DNA of 64,000 bases from Gammaproteobacteria bacterium (GTDB taxonomy: Bacteria; Pseudomonadota; Gammaproteobacteria; Eutrophobiales; Eutrophobiaceae): contig OZ250183.1 in assembly GCA_965238225.1 (NCBI GenBank), positions 224,001 to 288,000 of the forward strand, given 5' to 3'. Of this stretch, positions 1 to 9,543 are shown one piece after another. The notes beneath the pieces were generated by a model. That model did no database searches. It was not told the DNA's origin and saw only the letters and a list, made by a program, of their open reading frames with translations. A program made the position numbers and the translations under genes. How positions within the stretch are numbered: position 1 is the first letter of the stretch; each line of letters opens with the position of its first letter.

Positions 1-872
1 GGCTGATCGATCGCCGTTTTTAATACTGGAACTTTATAAGCCATCAATAAATAAGGTAATTCTGCGGGTCTTTTTACAATGACACGCTTCATCCCATTTT
101 GAATGACTTCTGGACGGCGCGCTGCTGTAGGCGGTTTGCCAGCTGGCAATGACCCAAAATATTTTTTTGCTAACTGATAAACTTCTTCTGCGTTAATATC
201 ACCAGACACCACCAGCGTTGCATTATTTGGCGTGTACCACTTTTGATACCAATCGCGAAGGTGCGCAACCGTCATATTATCCAGATCATGCATCCAACCG
301 ATGATTGGGTGTCGGTAAGGGCTCGTTTGAAAGGCAGTGGATAGAGCAACTTCGTAAGTATATGACTGAGGATTATCCTCAGTTCGCCAACGCCTCTCTT
401 CCTTGACCACTTCAATCTCCTTACGAAACTCTTCTTCCAAAATAATAAGATGGCGCATACGGTCTGCTTCCAATTCCATGCTGACAGATAAGCGAGAACT
501 TTCCAGTGTTTGAAAATATGCCGTATAGTCTGCCCCGGTAAAGGCATTTTCACGCCCGCCATTTTCTGAAATGATGCGCGAGAATTCTCCCGCAGCATGT
601 TTCTTAGTGCCTTTAAACATCATGTGTTCAAGCACATGGGATATACCTGTAATCCCCTCGCGCTCATAGCTCGAGCCGACCTTATACCAGACCTGAGACA
701 CCACAACGGGCGCACGATGATCCTCCTTAACGAGAATTTTAAGCCCATTATCGAGTTCATATTCTGCGACATTGGCAAATACCGCAGATGTAAGCAAGGC
801 TAAGAAAAAGCAAGCCTGCGTTCGTCTTGATAATTTATTAAATAAAAATCTATCTTGTAAAAATAACTTCAC
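1..872 (-). CDS. M16 family zinc peptidase (insulinase/pitrilysin-like), 3' end beyond window
   Basis: Manual minus-strand translation from GTG at 872 reads ...EYELDNGLKILVKEDHRAPVVVSQVWYKVGSSYE...GISHVLEHMMFKGT, containing the inverted zinc motif HXXEH after a signal-peptide-like N-terminus. Absent from the ORF track because it has no stop in the window. Confidence 0.9.
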   Translation of the reverse strand, partial: MKLFLQDRFLFNKLSRRTQACFFLALLTSAVFANVAEYELDNGLKILVKEDHRAPVVVSQVWYKVGSSYEREGITGISHVLEHMMFKGTKKHAAGEFSRIISENGGRENAFTGADYTAYFQTLESSRLSVSMELEADRMRHLIILEEEFRKEIEVVKEERRWRTEDNPQSYTYEVALSTAFQTSPYRHPIIGWMHDLDNMTVAHLRDWYQKWYTPNNATLVVSGDINAEEVYQLAKKYFGSLPAGKPPTAARRPEVIQNGMKRVIVKRPAELPYLLMAYKVPVLKTAIDQ

Positions 873-3121
873 ACACTCATTCCTCCATGAAAGATCATTC
901 TTTTTTGTCTTTTCAAAATTAAGAGTTTATTGATTTTTATGCGGGCTTGGACTTTTTCTTTGGCATATGTATGCCCTATCATCATATCATAATGTTTTTC
1001 ATAATCAGACTTAACAAAAACCTCTTTAAAAGCATTTTTAAAAAGTGTAGCATCAATTTCCTTATAATCTTCAATGTTGACATAAGTCTTTATGAGATTC
1101 TCTGTCCATGAACCTTTTAAATGAATCAAATTGTATTACACATTTAGCCCAATAGCTTATTAAGTTTATTGTTTTCAATAAATCCAAAAAAATGTTCCAA
1201 TATATTACGCATACTATTGGCTAATAATCCATCACTAGCTTTGCCATTATTATGATCTTTAATCACTTGCCAATACTGGAATAAGCTTGATAATCATTTT
1301 TTATATCGTCTTTATCCATTTCGTCTATTTGAGTTCCTGTATTTGATTTCGTAAGTCTAAAAAGTTTTTATATTTTCTTTATTTCTAATTAATTCATGGA
1401 AAAAATACAAACTATGTGTTAATACAAAAACCTGTTTATTTTTATTAAAAAAATATTTTTTTATCAACATACTAATATTAAAAATATAAGTGTGAGATAA
1501 GCTGGATATTGGGTCATCAATCACTATGATTTTATCTTCTTTTGTCAAAACCTCTTGTTCGTTTTCTTTGCCTTTGCATAATTCCATAAAATAAAGAAAG
1601 CTGATAATCATTTTTTCACCTTCACTCAAGGTTACTAAAATTATCGTTTTCTTGTTCACTTCTAACAATCTTATAATAATTTATTTTCATATTTTTTTAT
1701 ACAAAAGCCTTCAATACCCAAGTCATTTAATCCAGTATTTATATTATCGATAGCCTCATCAATATTAATTGTTTTTTCTTGTTGTGCAGAAATATGCTCT
1801 TTTTGTGTGTCTATATCTTTAGAGCATTGTGTAATTTTATCTTCAATACTTTTAATATCACTCTCTAATCGTTTTTTATCTTCGAAGTACTGTTCAATTT
1901 TAGCGTCATAATCCAAGCGCATAATTTGCCAAAAATTAGTTTTTATATTTTCTTTTGTTCTTTCTTTGTTATCTATTTTTTTGTTGTATTCAGTAATTTT
2001 ATTATTAACGTCCGCAATAAAATTATTTAGACTGTTTATTGATTCTTTGGTATTTGATAATTTTATTATTTCACTAGGATTGTTTAATTTATTCTCTATT
2101 TCCCTCTTATTGTCTTTTATTATTTGCTTTGACTTATTGTATAAATTTATAAATTTATCAATATCCTTTTTCACAAAATCATTATTTTCATATTGTGTTA
2201 TTTCTGGTAATTGAATAATGTTATATAGTTCCTGCAACTCCTTAATCTGTTCAATTTTTCTATCATAAGTTTCATCAAAAAAATTTTTAATATTTGTTGC
2301 AATTTGCTGGGTAATGGTTTTTTCCTGACAGAATGGGCATTGTTCTGAATCACCTTTAGGCAAATATTCTAATCCCTTTTTAACCCAATCACTATTCTTA
2401 AGTTCGTTGATCAATGTAACAACTGGGCTACTTTGATCCCCAATGATTTTCTCTGAAAAGAGACTATTATTTTCAATATTATTTATGTCAATATTGACTT
2501 TAGGCAAATCTTTATTTTTTGAGCTTCATCACTAATAGTTTTTGCCTCTTCTTTTAAGCCCTCTATTGTTTTCTCGGGCTTGCTATTGGGTCTTGTAATA
2601 TTGATTATATATTCAAATAAATTATTTTTATCTCCCTTTAATCCCTCCAAACAAAACTCTAAAACCCTGTCGCCGCCTGTATATTGTTCTTTAATATCCC
2701 ATAGACTATTTTTTACTTTCAAAGATTCTTTTTGTAAGCTTTCTTCTTTTTGTGCTGAATTCTGCGTTTCTATTTCTTTTTGTTTTGTAAATTGTTCTAT
2801 TTTCTTGTGAGCTTCATCTATTGCCTGATTTGCTTGTTTATTTTCTTCAGATAGGGTAAAAACGCCTTTTACCTTATCATCGTCGTAAAACTCATCATGG
2901 ATAAAATCTTGGTTATAAACCAATAATTTTTCATTGTTAACTCCCTCTAATTCGCATTCAGAAAAATCTGAATTAGAATTATTATTTTTATATAAATAAT
3001 TAGATATAATTGTTTTGCCAGTGCCATTTAGGCCATAAATTAAATTAACTTCTTTGTCTGATTCAATAACAACAGGATTTTTATAACTGGCAACACCTTT
3101 CAAGGTTATTTTCATCATCAA
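869..3121 (-). pseudogene. RloC-like AAA_13 (ABC/SMC-type ATPase with zinc hook) + HEPN nuclease, fragmented
   Basis: Fragments in order: Walker A GLNGTGKT (2483-3121); coiled coil with zinc-hook CPFC (1671-2507); ABC signature LSEGEK, Walker B IVIDDPISS and H-loop LTH (1357-1668); manually read NDYQAY/WQVIKD...LANSMRNILEHFF and RFMDRESH (~1090-1350); C-terminal tail (869-1129). About 6-7 frame breaks; markedly AT-rich. Confidence 0.85.
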
Positions 3122-3219
3122 TTTAGCCTTAATTTTTTGCTCGTGTGAGGTAATAAGTTTTTTGTGTTCTATGATAGCTTTTTAGTGATTCAACTATAGT
3201 TAATGATAGAATAAATCAG

Positions 3220-3247
3220 TTGATGACAGGATTATACACAATATAAT
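3220..3247 (+). promoter_or_regulatory. Putative sigma70 promoter for ftsYEX with an internal DnaA-box match
   Basis: TTGATG-N16-TATAAT ending 10 nt before the ftsY ATG; TTATACACA at 3232-3240 fits TTWTNCACA. Confidence 0.4.
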
Positions 3248-3257
3248 ATTTAAATTA

Positions 3258-4229
3258 ATGTTTGGATTTAAGAAATCAAAAGCACCAAAACAACAAGCTG
3301 CCTGCCGCCCAAATTTCTTGGGCAAACTAAAGGCAAGCTTAAGCAAGACGCAGTCAAATATATTCGGCGGGTTTGAAGATTTACTGCAAGGCAAAAAAAA
3401 TATTGATGCCCACTTTTTAGATGATTTAGAAGAAAGATTGCTTGTTGCAGATCTGGGCATTCGTGCAAGTACGGAGATTATTGATACACTGCATGCTGCG
3501 GTCAAACATAATAAAATTAACAACCACGATGAGTTAAAACAACAATTAAGTGTTGTTATGAATAACATCCTTGAGCCTGCGCAAAAACCATTAACCATCC
3601 CTATTAATAAACCGAAGCCATTTGTGATTCTTCTAACTGGCGTAAACGGCGCAGGCAAAACTACCACAGCCGGCAAACTTACCAAACATTTTATCAATCA
3701 AGATCATAGTGTCATGCTTGCAGCAGCCGACACCTTTCGAGCAGCAGCAATTGAGCAGCTACAAATCTGGGGGGAAAGGAATAATGTCTCGGTGGTAGCG
3801 CAACATAAAGGAGCAGATTCTGCTGCGGTTATTTTTGATGCCTTGCAGTCGGCCAAGGCAAAAAATATCGATATACTAATTGCTGATACTGCGGGCAGAC
3901 TTCACACTCAAGGCAATCTAATGGACGAGCTTAAAAAAATTCATCGTGCTATTGGCAAGTTTAATGATGGTTTGATGGTTGAAAATATTCTTGTATTAGA
4001 TGCCGCGACTGGTCAAAATGCACTCTCCCAAACAAAACTTTTTAACGAAGCTATCGGTATTAATGGAATTATTTTGACGAAACTTGATGGCACAGCAAAA
4101 GGCGGTGTAATCTTCGCTCTGGCTCTTGATACCGAAATCCCTATTCGCTTCATCGGCGTTGGTGAACAAATAGATGACTTGAATATTTTTAACAGCACTG
4201 CCTTTGTTAAGGCTTTACTTGAATATTAA
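3258..4229 (+). CDS. ftsY: Signal recognition particle receptor FtsY (short form, no long acidic domain)
   Basis: GVNGAGKTTT, DTFRAAA, DTAGR and TKLDGTAKGG motifs; followed by ftsE-ftsX-rpoH. Confidence 0.98.
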   Translation: MFGFKKSKAPKQQAACRPNFLGKLKASLSKTQSNIFGGFEDLLQGKKNIDAHFLDDLEERLLVADLGIRASTEIIDTLHAAVKHNKINNHDELKQQLSVVMNNILEPAQKPLTIPINKPKPFVILLTGVNGAGKTTTAGKLTKHFINQDHSVMLAAADTFRAAAIEQLQIWGERNNVSVVAQHKGADSAAVIFDALQSAKAKNIDILIADTAGRLHTQGNLMDELKKIHRAIGKFNDGLMVENILVLDAATGQNALSQTKLFNEAIGINGIILTKLDGTAKGGVIFALALDTEIPIRFIGVGEQIDDLNIFNSTAFVKALLEY

Positions 4230-4231
4230 CA

Positions 4232-4921
4232 ATGATTCGCTTTAACAAAGTTCATATGCAATATCAGACCGGACAACTGGCGCTGAAGAATATTAATATG
4301 CACATTGAACAAGGTACGATGACTTTTGTTGTGGGCAGATCTGGTGCAGGCAAAAGCTCGCTTTTAAGGCTAATCGCTTTAATAGAAAGGCATAGCCATG
4401 GTCAAATTGTGATAAACGGTCAAAACCTTGAGCGTGTTAGAAACAATCGCATCCCTTACTACAGACGAAACATCGGTTTTGTTTTTCAAGATCATCATCT
4501 ACTAAATGATCGCAGCGTTTTTGATAATGTTGCTTTACCTCTCATCATTGCCGGACATAAACACAAAGAAATACGCAAACGTGTCAGCGCTGCTTTAGAC
4601 AAAGTTGGTTTGCTTAAAAAATACAATGTAAACCCAATGACCTTATCAGGGGGGGAAAAACAAAGAGTAGGTATTGCTCGTGCGGTTGTACACCGACCGT
4701 TACTACTTCTTGCTGATGAACCGACAGGCAATCTGGATCCGGCGTTATCTCTGGATACGATGAAGCTCTTTGAACAATTTAACCAGATTGGGACGACGGT
4801 ACTTATCGCCAGCCATGATATGGAGATGGTCAAAAAAATGCACAAAAGAATTATCACTTTGCGTGAAGGCAGAATCCCCACTAATTTTAATAAGGGTTCA
4901 GTTAATCAAAATGCGAACTAG
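4232..4921 (+). CDS. ftsE: Cell division ABC ATPase FtsE
   Basis: GRSGAGKS, LSGGEKQRV, LLADEPTGNLD; synteny. Confidence 0.97.
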   Translation: MIRFNKVHMQYQTGQLALKNINMHIEQGTMTFVVGRSGAGKSSLLRLIALIERHSHGQIVINGQNLERVRNNRIPYYRRNIGFVFQDHHLLNDRSVFDNVALPLIIAGHKHKEIRKRVSAALDKVGLLKKYNVNPMTLSGGEKQRVGIARAVVHRPLLLLADEPTGNLDPALSLDTMKLFEQFNQIGTTVLIASHDMEMVKKMHKRIITLREGRIPTNFNKGSVNQNAN

Positions 4922-4941
4922 CCAATGATGCAACATCTGCA

Positions 4942-5889
4942 ATGAGAGCCAAACCTAAAAACAAACCAAGCGACTTATTTAAGGCATGGCTACTGTCGCA
5001 TGCACAGTCCTTTATATACAGCTTGGGGCAGTATTACAAAAATCTGCCCAGCAATATATTAACGACAGCCGTGATAGGTGCATCGTTAGCCTTGCCTAGT
5101 GGTTTTTATTTAATATTGGAAAACGTACAAAAAGTCACTGCGAATTGGGACGAAGCGATCCAAATAACCGCTTTTTTAAAGCCTGATATTGATGCCAGTG
5201 CAGCACAAAAGCTTGCTACTCGTCTTTTGGATAACCCAAACATTGAAACGGCTAAATTAATTAACCGCGATAAAGCTCTGGCTGAATACAAAGAATTATT
5301 CAGCTTTACTGAAGCTATCGATCTTCTTGATGAAAACCCGCTGCCCTATATCATCATTATATTTCCGAAGACTGATGCGCTTGCTGAAGGAGCGGATCGT
5401 CGCATTGTTCAATTTATATCCGATCAAGCTGAGGTTGATGTTGCACAATATGATCAGCAATGGGTCAAACGCCTGTACAGCATCATTGAAATTATTCAAC
5501 GCTTTATTATTATTTTTTCAGTATTTATTGGTTTCGGTGTTTTACTCATTATTGGCAATACTATTCGCATGGCGATTTACTATCATCGCGATGAAATTGA
5601 AATCACCAAGCTTTTTGGTGCAACAAATGCCTTTATTCAAAGGCCTTTTCTATATACAGGCTTCTGGCACGGACTAAGCGGCGGGATTGCTGCATGGCTT
5701 TTACTGACCCTTACCCTACAACTCCTCAAAGAGCCAACAAGGCAGCTTGCCGAGTTATATGCCAGCGAATTTAGCTTGGGCAATTTGGCGCTTATAGAGG
5801 TTCTAATTATGCTCTCCTGTGGCATCTTTCTGGGTATTTTTGGGTCATGGGTTTCGGTTCAACGTCATCTAAAAACCATAGAGCCATAA
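4942..5889 (+). CDS. ftsX: Cell division permease-like protein FtsX
   Basis: ENPLP, IGNTIR, EIEITKLFGAT..FIQRPFLY motifs; four hydrophobic segments; synteny. Confidence 0.96.
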   Translation: MRAKPKNKPSDLFKAWLLSHAQSFIYSLGQYYKNLPSNILTTAVIGASLALPSGFYLILENVQKVTANWDEAIQITAFLKPDIDASAAQKLATRLLDNPNIETAKLINRDKALAEYKELFSFTEAIDLLDENPLPYIIIIFPKTDALAEGADRRIVQFISDQAEVDVAQYDQQWVKRLYSIIEIIQRFIIIFSVFIGFGVLLIIGNTIRMAIYYHRDEIEITKLFGATNAFIQRPFLYTGFWHGLSGGIAAWLLLTLTLQLLKEPTRQLAELYASEFSLGNLALIEVLIMLSCGIFLGIFGSWVSVQRHLKTIEP

Positions 5890-5963
5890 TAATATATCTT
5901 ATAAATCAATAAATTAAATAAACTCTGCTTGGTTTTTACGTAAACTTAGGAACTTTTATACCA

Positions 5964-5990
5964 TTAGCACTCTCATATTTAGAGTGCTAA
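5964..5990 (+). promoter_or_regulatory. CIRCE element (HrcA operator) upstream of rpoH
   Basis: Exact TTAGCACTC-N9-GAGTGCTAA, 39 nt before the rpoH ATG. Confidence 0.93.
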
Positions 5991-6029
5991 AATGAACTTG
6001 TAACAATATTAGAGAGGGTTAGTCATACG

Positions 6030-6878
6030 ATGAACAATACCATGGTCATGCCAATGACATTGGCAACTGGATCGCTGAAAAGCTATTTTCAGGGCATAAA
6101 AAAAATCCCGATACTCAGCGCAGAGGAAGAACGCTTATTAGCAAAACGCTACAGAGAGGAGGGCGATCTTGATGCTGCGCGCCAACTAGTTATGTCTCAT
6201 CTCCGTTTTGTGGTAAAAGTCGCAAGAGGCTACAGTGGTTATGGCTTACCACAGGCCGATCTTGTTCAAGAAGGTAGCGTTGGCTTAATGAAAGCCGTTA
6301 GGCGTTTTGATCCAAATGTTGGCGTTCGTCTTATTTCATTTGCAGTCTACTGGATTCGTTCCGAGATGCATGAATACATTTTACGCAACTGGAGGATTGT
6401 CAAGATCGCAACAACAAAAGCGCAAAGAAAACTTTTCTTTAACTTGCGCTCATCTAAAAAACGATTGGCATGGTTAAACAAAGAAGAGGTTGATTCCGTG
6501 GCAAAAGATCTTGGTGTCAAACCACAAGAAGTTATCAAAATGGAAGAAAGATTAAGCAATTACGATACATCCTTTGATGCACCCATTGCAGATAATGCTG
6601 CTACATCACTTAGCCCCGCATCTTATCTCGAAGATAAAAGACAAAATCCGGAAAAAGAGCTTGAAGCAACACAGACAGAACAACTTAAGCTTGAAGCATT
6701 AAACGAAGCCATGGATAAACTTGATGAACGCAGCAAAGATATTGTCAATAAACGTTGGTTAAACGGAAAGAAAGAAACGCTGCACAAACTGGCTGACACG
6801 TATGGAGTTTCAGCAGAAAGAATAAGACAGCTTGAGAAATCGGCATTTAACAAAATTGCTGAGTTTATGGTCACATAA
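6030..6878 (+). CDS. rpoH: RNA polymerase sigma factor RpoH (sigma32)
   Basis: RpoH box ATTKAQRKLFFNLR, region 4 VSAERIRQLE; downstream of ftsX. Confidence 0.98.
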   Translation: MNNTMVMPMTLATGSLKSYFQGIKKIPILSAEEERLLAKRYREEGDLDAARQLVMSHLRFVVKVARGYSGYGLPQADLVQEGSVGLMKAVRRFDPNVGVRLISFAVYWIRSEMHEYILRNWRIVKIATTKAQRKLFFNLRSSKKRLAWLNKEEVDSVAKDLGVKPQEVIKMEERLSNYDTSFDAPIADNAATSLSPASYLEDKRQNPEKELEATQTEQLKLEALNEAMDKLDERSKDIVNKRWLNGKKETLHKLADTYGVSAERIRQLEKSAFNKIAEFMVT

Positions 6879-7003
6879 GCCAAGCTTTCTATTTTCTTTA
6901 TTTAAAAGTATATACATTACAGACAGCGCTTTGAAATAAACTTAATTTATTGCTCCATAATTTATTCTTTCACAATTAACTTTTTTCCCAAAGTTAAACT
7001 GAT

Positions 7004-7621
7004 TTAATTAATGATCTTTATATAATCAGACGCTATCTGATTAATATCGTGCGGGGAAGAAAACAACGCTTTAAGTCTGGCCTTTGAATCTATTAATAAT
7101 ATCCTTGCGCTATGGAAGACCTCGTCATTATTACGCCCATCACCCTCTTTACCGAAAGCAATCCCCAAAGGCATGGTTAAGTTCTGTAACTGCTGCAAAC
7201 TTCCTCTTACACCAACAAATTCAGAATTAAAATAGGTCACATAATTAGCCAGCAGTTCTTTAGTATCTCTTTCTGGATCAACGGAAATGAAAATTATTTT
7301 TGGCAAGGCTACGTCTGGTGTTTTCTTTAATATCTCATCGACTTCATTAAGCAAAACTAATGTTGTCGGACAAATATCAGGACAATGCGTATAGCCGAAA
7401 AAAACAAAAGACCATTGGCCAAACAAGCTTTCATTGGTAAACGCTTTGCCGAGATGATCTTCCAATGCAAACTGAGGCAAAGATTTAGCCTCAGATAAAA
7501 CGGTGGCGTGAACATTCTCAAGAATATCTTGTTTCTCGTTAATGTATATAGAAAATATAAGCCCAAGCGACAGCGGGACGATAACAAATAAAGCCCATGG
7601 TAGGATTTTCTTGATATTCAT
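7004..7621 (-). CDS. SCO/SenC copper chaperone
   Basis: FFGYTHCPDICP (CxxxC), SVDPERD and conserved His in FHSA; lies in the cox cluster. Confidence 0.95.
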   Translation of the reverse strand: MNIKKILPWALFVIVPLSLGLIFSIYINEKQDILENVHATVLSEAKSLPQFALEDHLGKAFTNESLFGQWSFVFFGYTHCPDICPTTLVLLNEVDEILKKTPDVALPKIIFISVDPERDTKELLANYVTYFNSEFVGVRGSLQQLQNLTMPLGIAFGKEGDGRNNDEVFHSARILLIDSKARLKALFSSPHDINQIASDYIKIIN

Positions 7622-7630
7622 TACGATAAA

Positions 7631-8539
7631 TTAAAGGAAGAAGTGCCGGATAAAAATACGAGCATAATGATCAAGCAGCAAGAAACCAAACAGTACGCTT
7701 AAATAGAAAATAGAAAACCCGAAAGTTTTCATTGCATGATCGTCTGTTTCTGATTGATATAAAATAAGCGCCTGCCATATGAAGCCCAAGCCAAGCGCGA
7801 TGGCACCAGCTAAGTAAATGATTCCACTCATGCGGGTAATAAATGGCAACAAACTAACCGCTAAAAGCAATAATGTGTACAGAAGAATTTGGAGTTTGGT
7901 AAAAGAAACGCCATGCGTCACAGGCAGCATCGGAACACCTGCGCTGGCATATTCTTCGCGCCGATAAATTGCCAAAGCCCAAAAATGTGGTGGTGTCCAG
8001 ATAAATATTATCAAAAATAACAGCAGGGCATCTGAGCTCACTTCCCCGGTCATCGCAACCCAACCAAGCAAAGGTGGCGCAGCACCTGCGGCGCCCCCCA
8101 ATACAATATTCTGAGGTGTTGCAGGTTTAAGAAACATGGTGTAAATAACGGCATAACCAATCAAGGAAATAAATGTCAACAAAGCGGTTAACATATTTAC
8201 TTTATAAACCAGAATTACCATGGAAATGACACACAAAGCTAAGGCAAATATAAAAGCATTCTTTGTATTCAAATCGCCCTGAGGTAAAGGTCGGTTTCTG
8301 GTTCGCGCCATAATGGCATCTATACGCTGCTCCACTAACTGGTTGATAACAGCGCCTGATGCAGCAGCGAGGCCGATGCCAAATATTGCAAAAATTACCT
8401 TGTTAAGTGGCAGTACGCCAGGGACGGCAAGCAACATACCAACAATAGCAGTAAATATAATCAGCATAAGCACCTTGGGCTTGCAAAGTACGTAATACTC
8501 GCGCCATTTTGGTGCTTGTTTAATAATTTCTGCTAACAT
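7631..8539 (-). CDS. cyoE: Protoheme IX farnesyltransferase (heme O synthase)
   Basis: IDAIMARTRNRPLP, QNIVLGGAAGA, WTPPHFWALA motifs. Confidence 0.97.
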   Translation of the reverse strand: MLAEIIKQAPKWREYYVLCKPKVLMLIIFTAIVGMLLAVPGVLPLNKVIFAIFGIGLAAASGAVINQLVEQRIDAIMARTRNRPLPQGDLNTKNAFIFALALCVISMVILVYKVNMLTALLTFISLIGYAVIYTMFLKPATPQNIVLGGAAGAAPPLLGWVAMTGEVSSDALLLFLIIFIWTPPHFWALAIYRREEYASAGVPMLPVTHGVSFTKLQILLYTLLLLAVSLLPFITRMSGIIYLAGAIALGLGFIWQALILYQSETDDHAMKTFGFSIFYLSVLFGFLLLDHYARIFIRHFFL

Positions 8540-8596
8540 TTGACCAGTATATTTCTACAGCGGATATTAATGTTTTTCAGTCATTTTCTTGAAAAA

Positions 8597-9208
8597 TCAG
8601 CCTGATATTCTCAATAAGCGTGACAGATCATGAATAATTCCTGCTGGATCAGTATCACCTGAATAGCGCATCATCAAAAAGCCTCTGGCATCAATCAAAA
8701 ATATCGCAGACTTATCCTGTAAACCTAATTCTTGAAATTGGCGTAGAAAATATTTGTCAAGGGAGACCTTTGAAGCATAAAGCTGACCAGGGAATTTTTT
8801 ACTAAAGCTATCGTAAATCCCAAGCTCTTTGTCCTTATCAATAATGGCGACGCGCTGTATTCGCTGCATTTGTCTGCCTGTTGCTAACCTTATCTGCCGC
8901 AGACGATAGAGATTCTCTTCACACGCTACTGCACAAAATCCGTCGACAAAAAACAACATAGACCACTTTCCATGCAAAGAAACCTGTTCGGTTGAATGTT
9001 CGTTCACACGCAGTAATGAGATGTTTTCAAGCTGTCTGGGTGGGTCAATTAAAAATCCATGCTCGGCACCGCCGCCAGAACGAGCATAGTCTGTAAAGAA
9101 AACCAGATACCATGAAAAAGCAACGGGCAAAAAGAACATCAGAACAAGAAGAATTAACTTAGTCCTACTTCTGCCTTTAGCTATTGGGCGATTTATTGAG
9201 TCCGACAT
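8597..9208 (-). CDS. Membrane-anchored thioredoxin/SCO-like protein of cox assembly clusters
   Basis: N-terminal TM, CAVACEENLYRLRQIR, FLIDARGFLMMRY...DLSRLLRIS; conserved slot after SURF1. Confidence 0.8.
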   Translation of the reverse strand: MSDSINRPIAKGRSRTKLILLVLMFFLPVAFSWYLVFFTDYARSGGGAEHGFLIDPPRQLENISLLRVNEHSTEQVSLHGKWSMLFFVDGFCAVACEENLYRLRQIRLATGRQMQRIQRVAIIDKDKELGIYDSFSKKFPGQLYASKVSLDKYFLRQFQELGLQDKSAIFLIDARGFLMMRYSGDTDPAGIIHDLSRLLRISG

Positions 9209-9217
9209 AAAAAACTA

Positions 9218-9333
9218 GAGGCTATCCTAGATAAAAAGTGTTTGATAAGTTTATATTGTTTAAGCCTGCTTAACCTGCTCTATTACTATCTTGTCCTCAA
9301 GGATGCATTTTAGGCATTATCTGGGATAGTCCT
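9218..9333. mobile_element. Degenerate MITE (IS1595 family/IS1016-like ends), copy 1
   Basis: Ends GAGGCTATCCTAGATAA and TTATCTGGGATAGTCCT each match GGGGCTGTCCCAGATAA at 14/17; last 43 nt are 33/43 identical, ungapped, to 38522-38564. Confidence 0.75.
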
Positions 9334-9394
9334 AAGCTTATTTTTTTGCTTATTTTTTTTGATTTCATTTCTTGTTTGCTTTTCTTGAGTATCT

Positions 9395-9529
9395 CTATTG
9401 CCTTACTAAATCTGCTACCTGTTCTATTTGAGAAACAGTTATGTCCCTAGCAATATGGGTTCTATACTCTTTTCCGACTGCAAAATCATTCGCCCCTGCA
9501 ATATTGAAAAATATATGTGCCATAACCAA
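9395..9529 (-). pseudogene. C-terminal remnant of a Sel1-like repeat protein
   Basis: Reads LVMAHIFFNIAGANDFAVGKEYRTHIARDITVSQIEQVADLVRQ*, matching the typical Sel1-protein terminal pattern AHMWFNIA.A.G...A...RD.IA..MT..QI..A..LARE. No upstream body of the gene is present. Confidence 0.65.
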
Positions 9530-9543
9530 ACAATAAATATAAA

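Noticed and set aside
272-803. Track ORFs 272-598 (-) and 597-803 (+)
   Set aside because: Alternative-frame and antisense shadows of the M16 peptidase, which the track missed.
869-3121. Reading the RloC-like fragments as a multi-gene defence operon or a programmed frameshift
   Set aside because: The pieces are collinear parts of one protein with many irregular breaks, including missing or inserted segments; decay is the simpler explanation.
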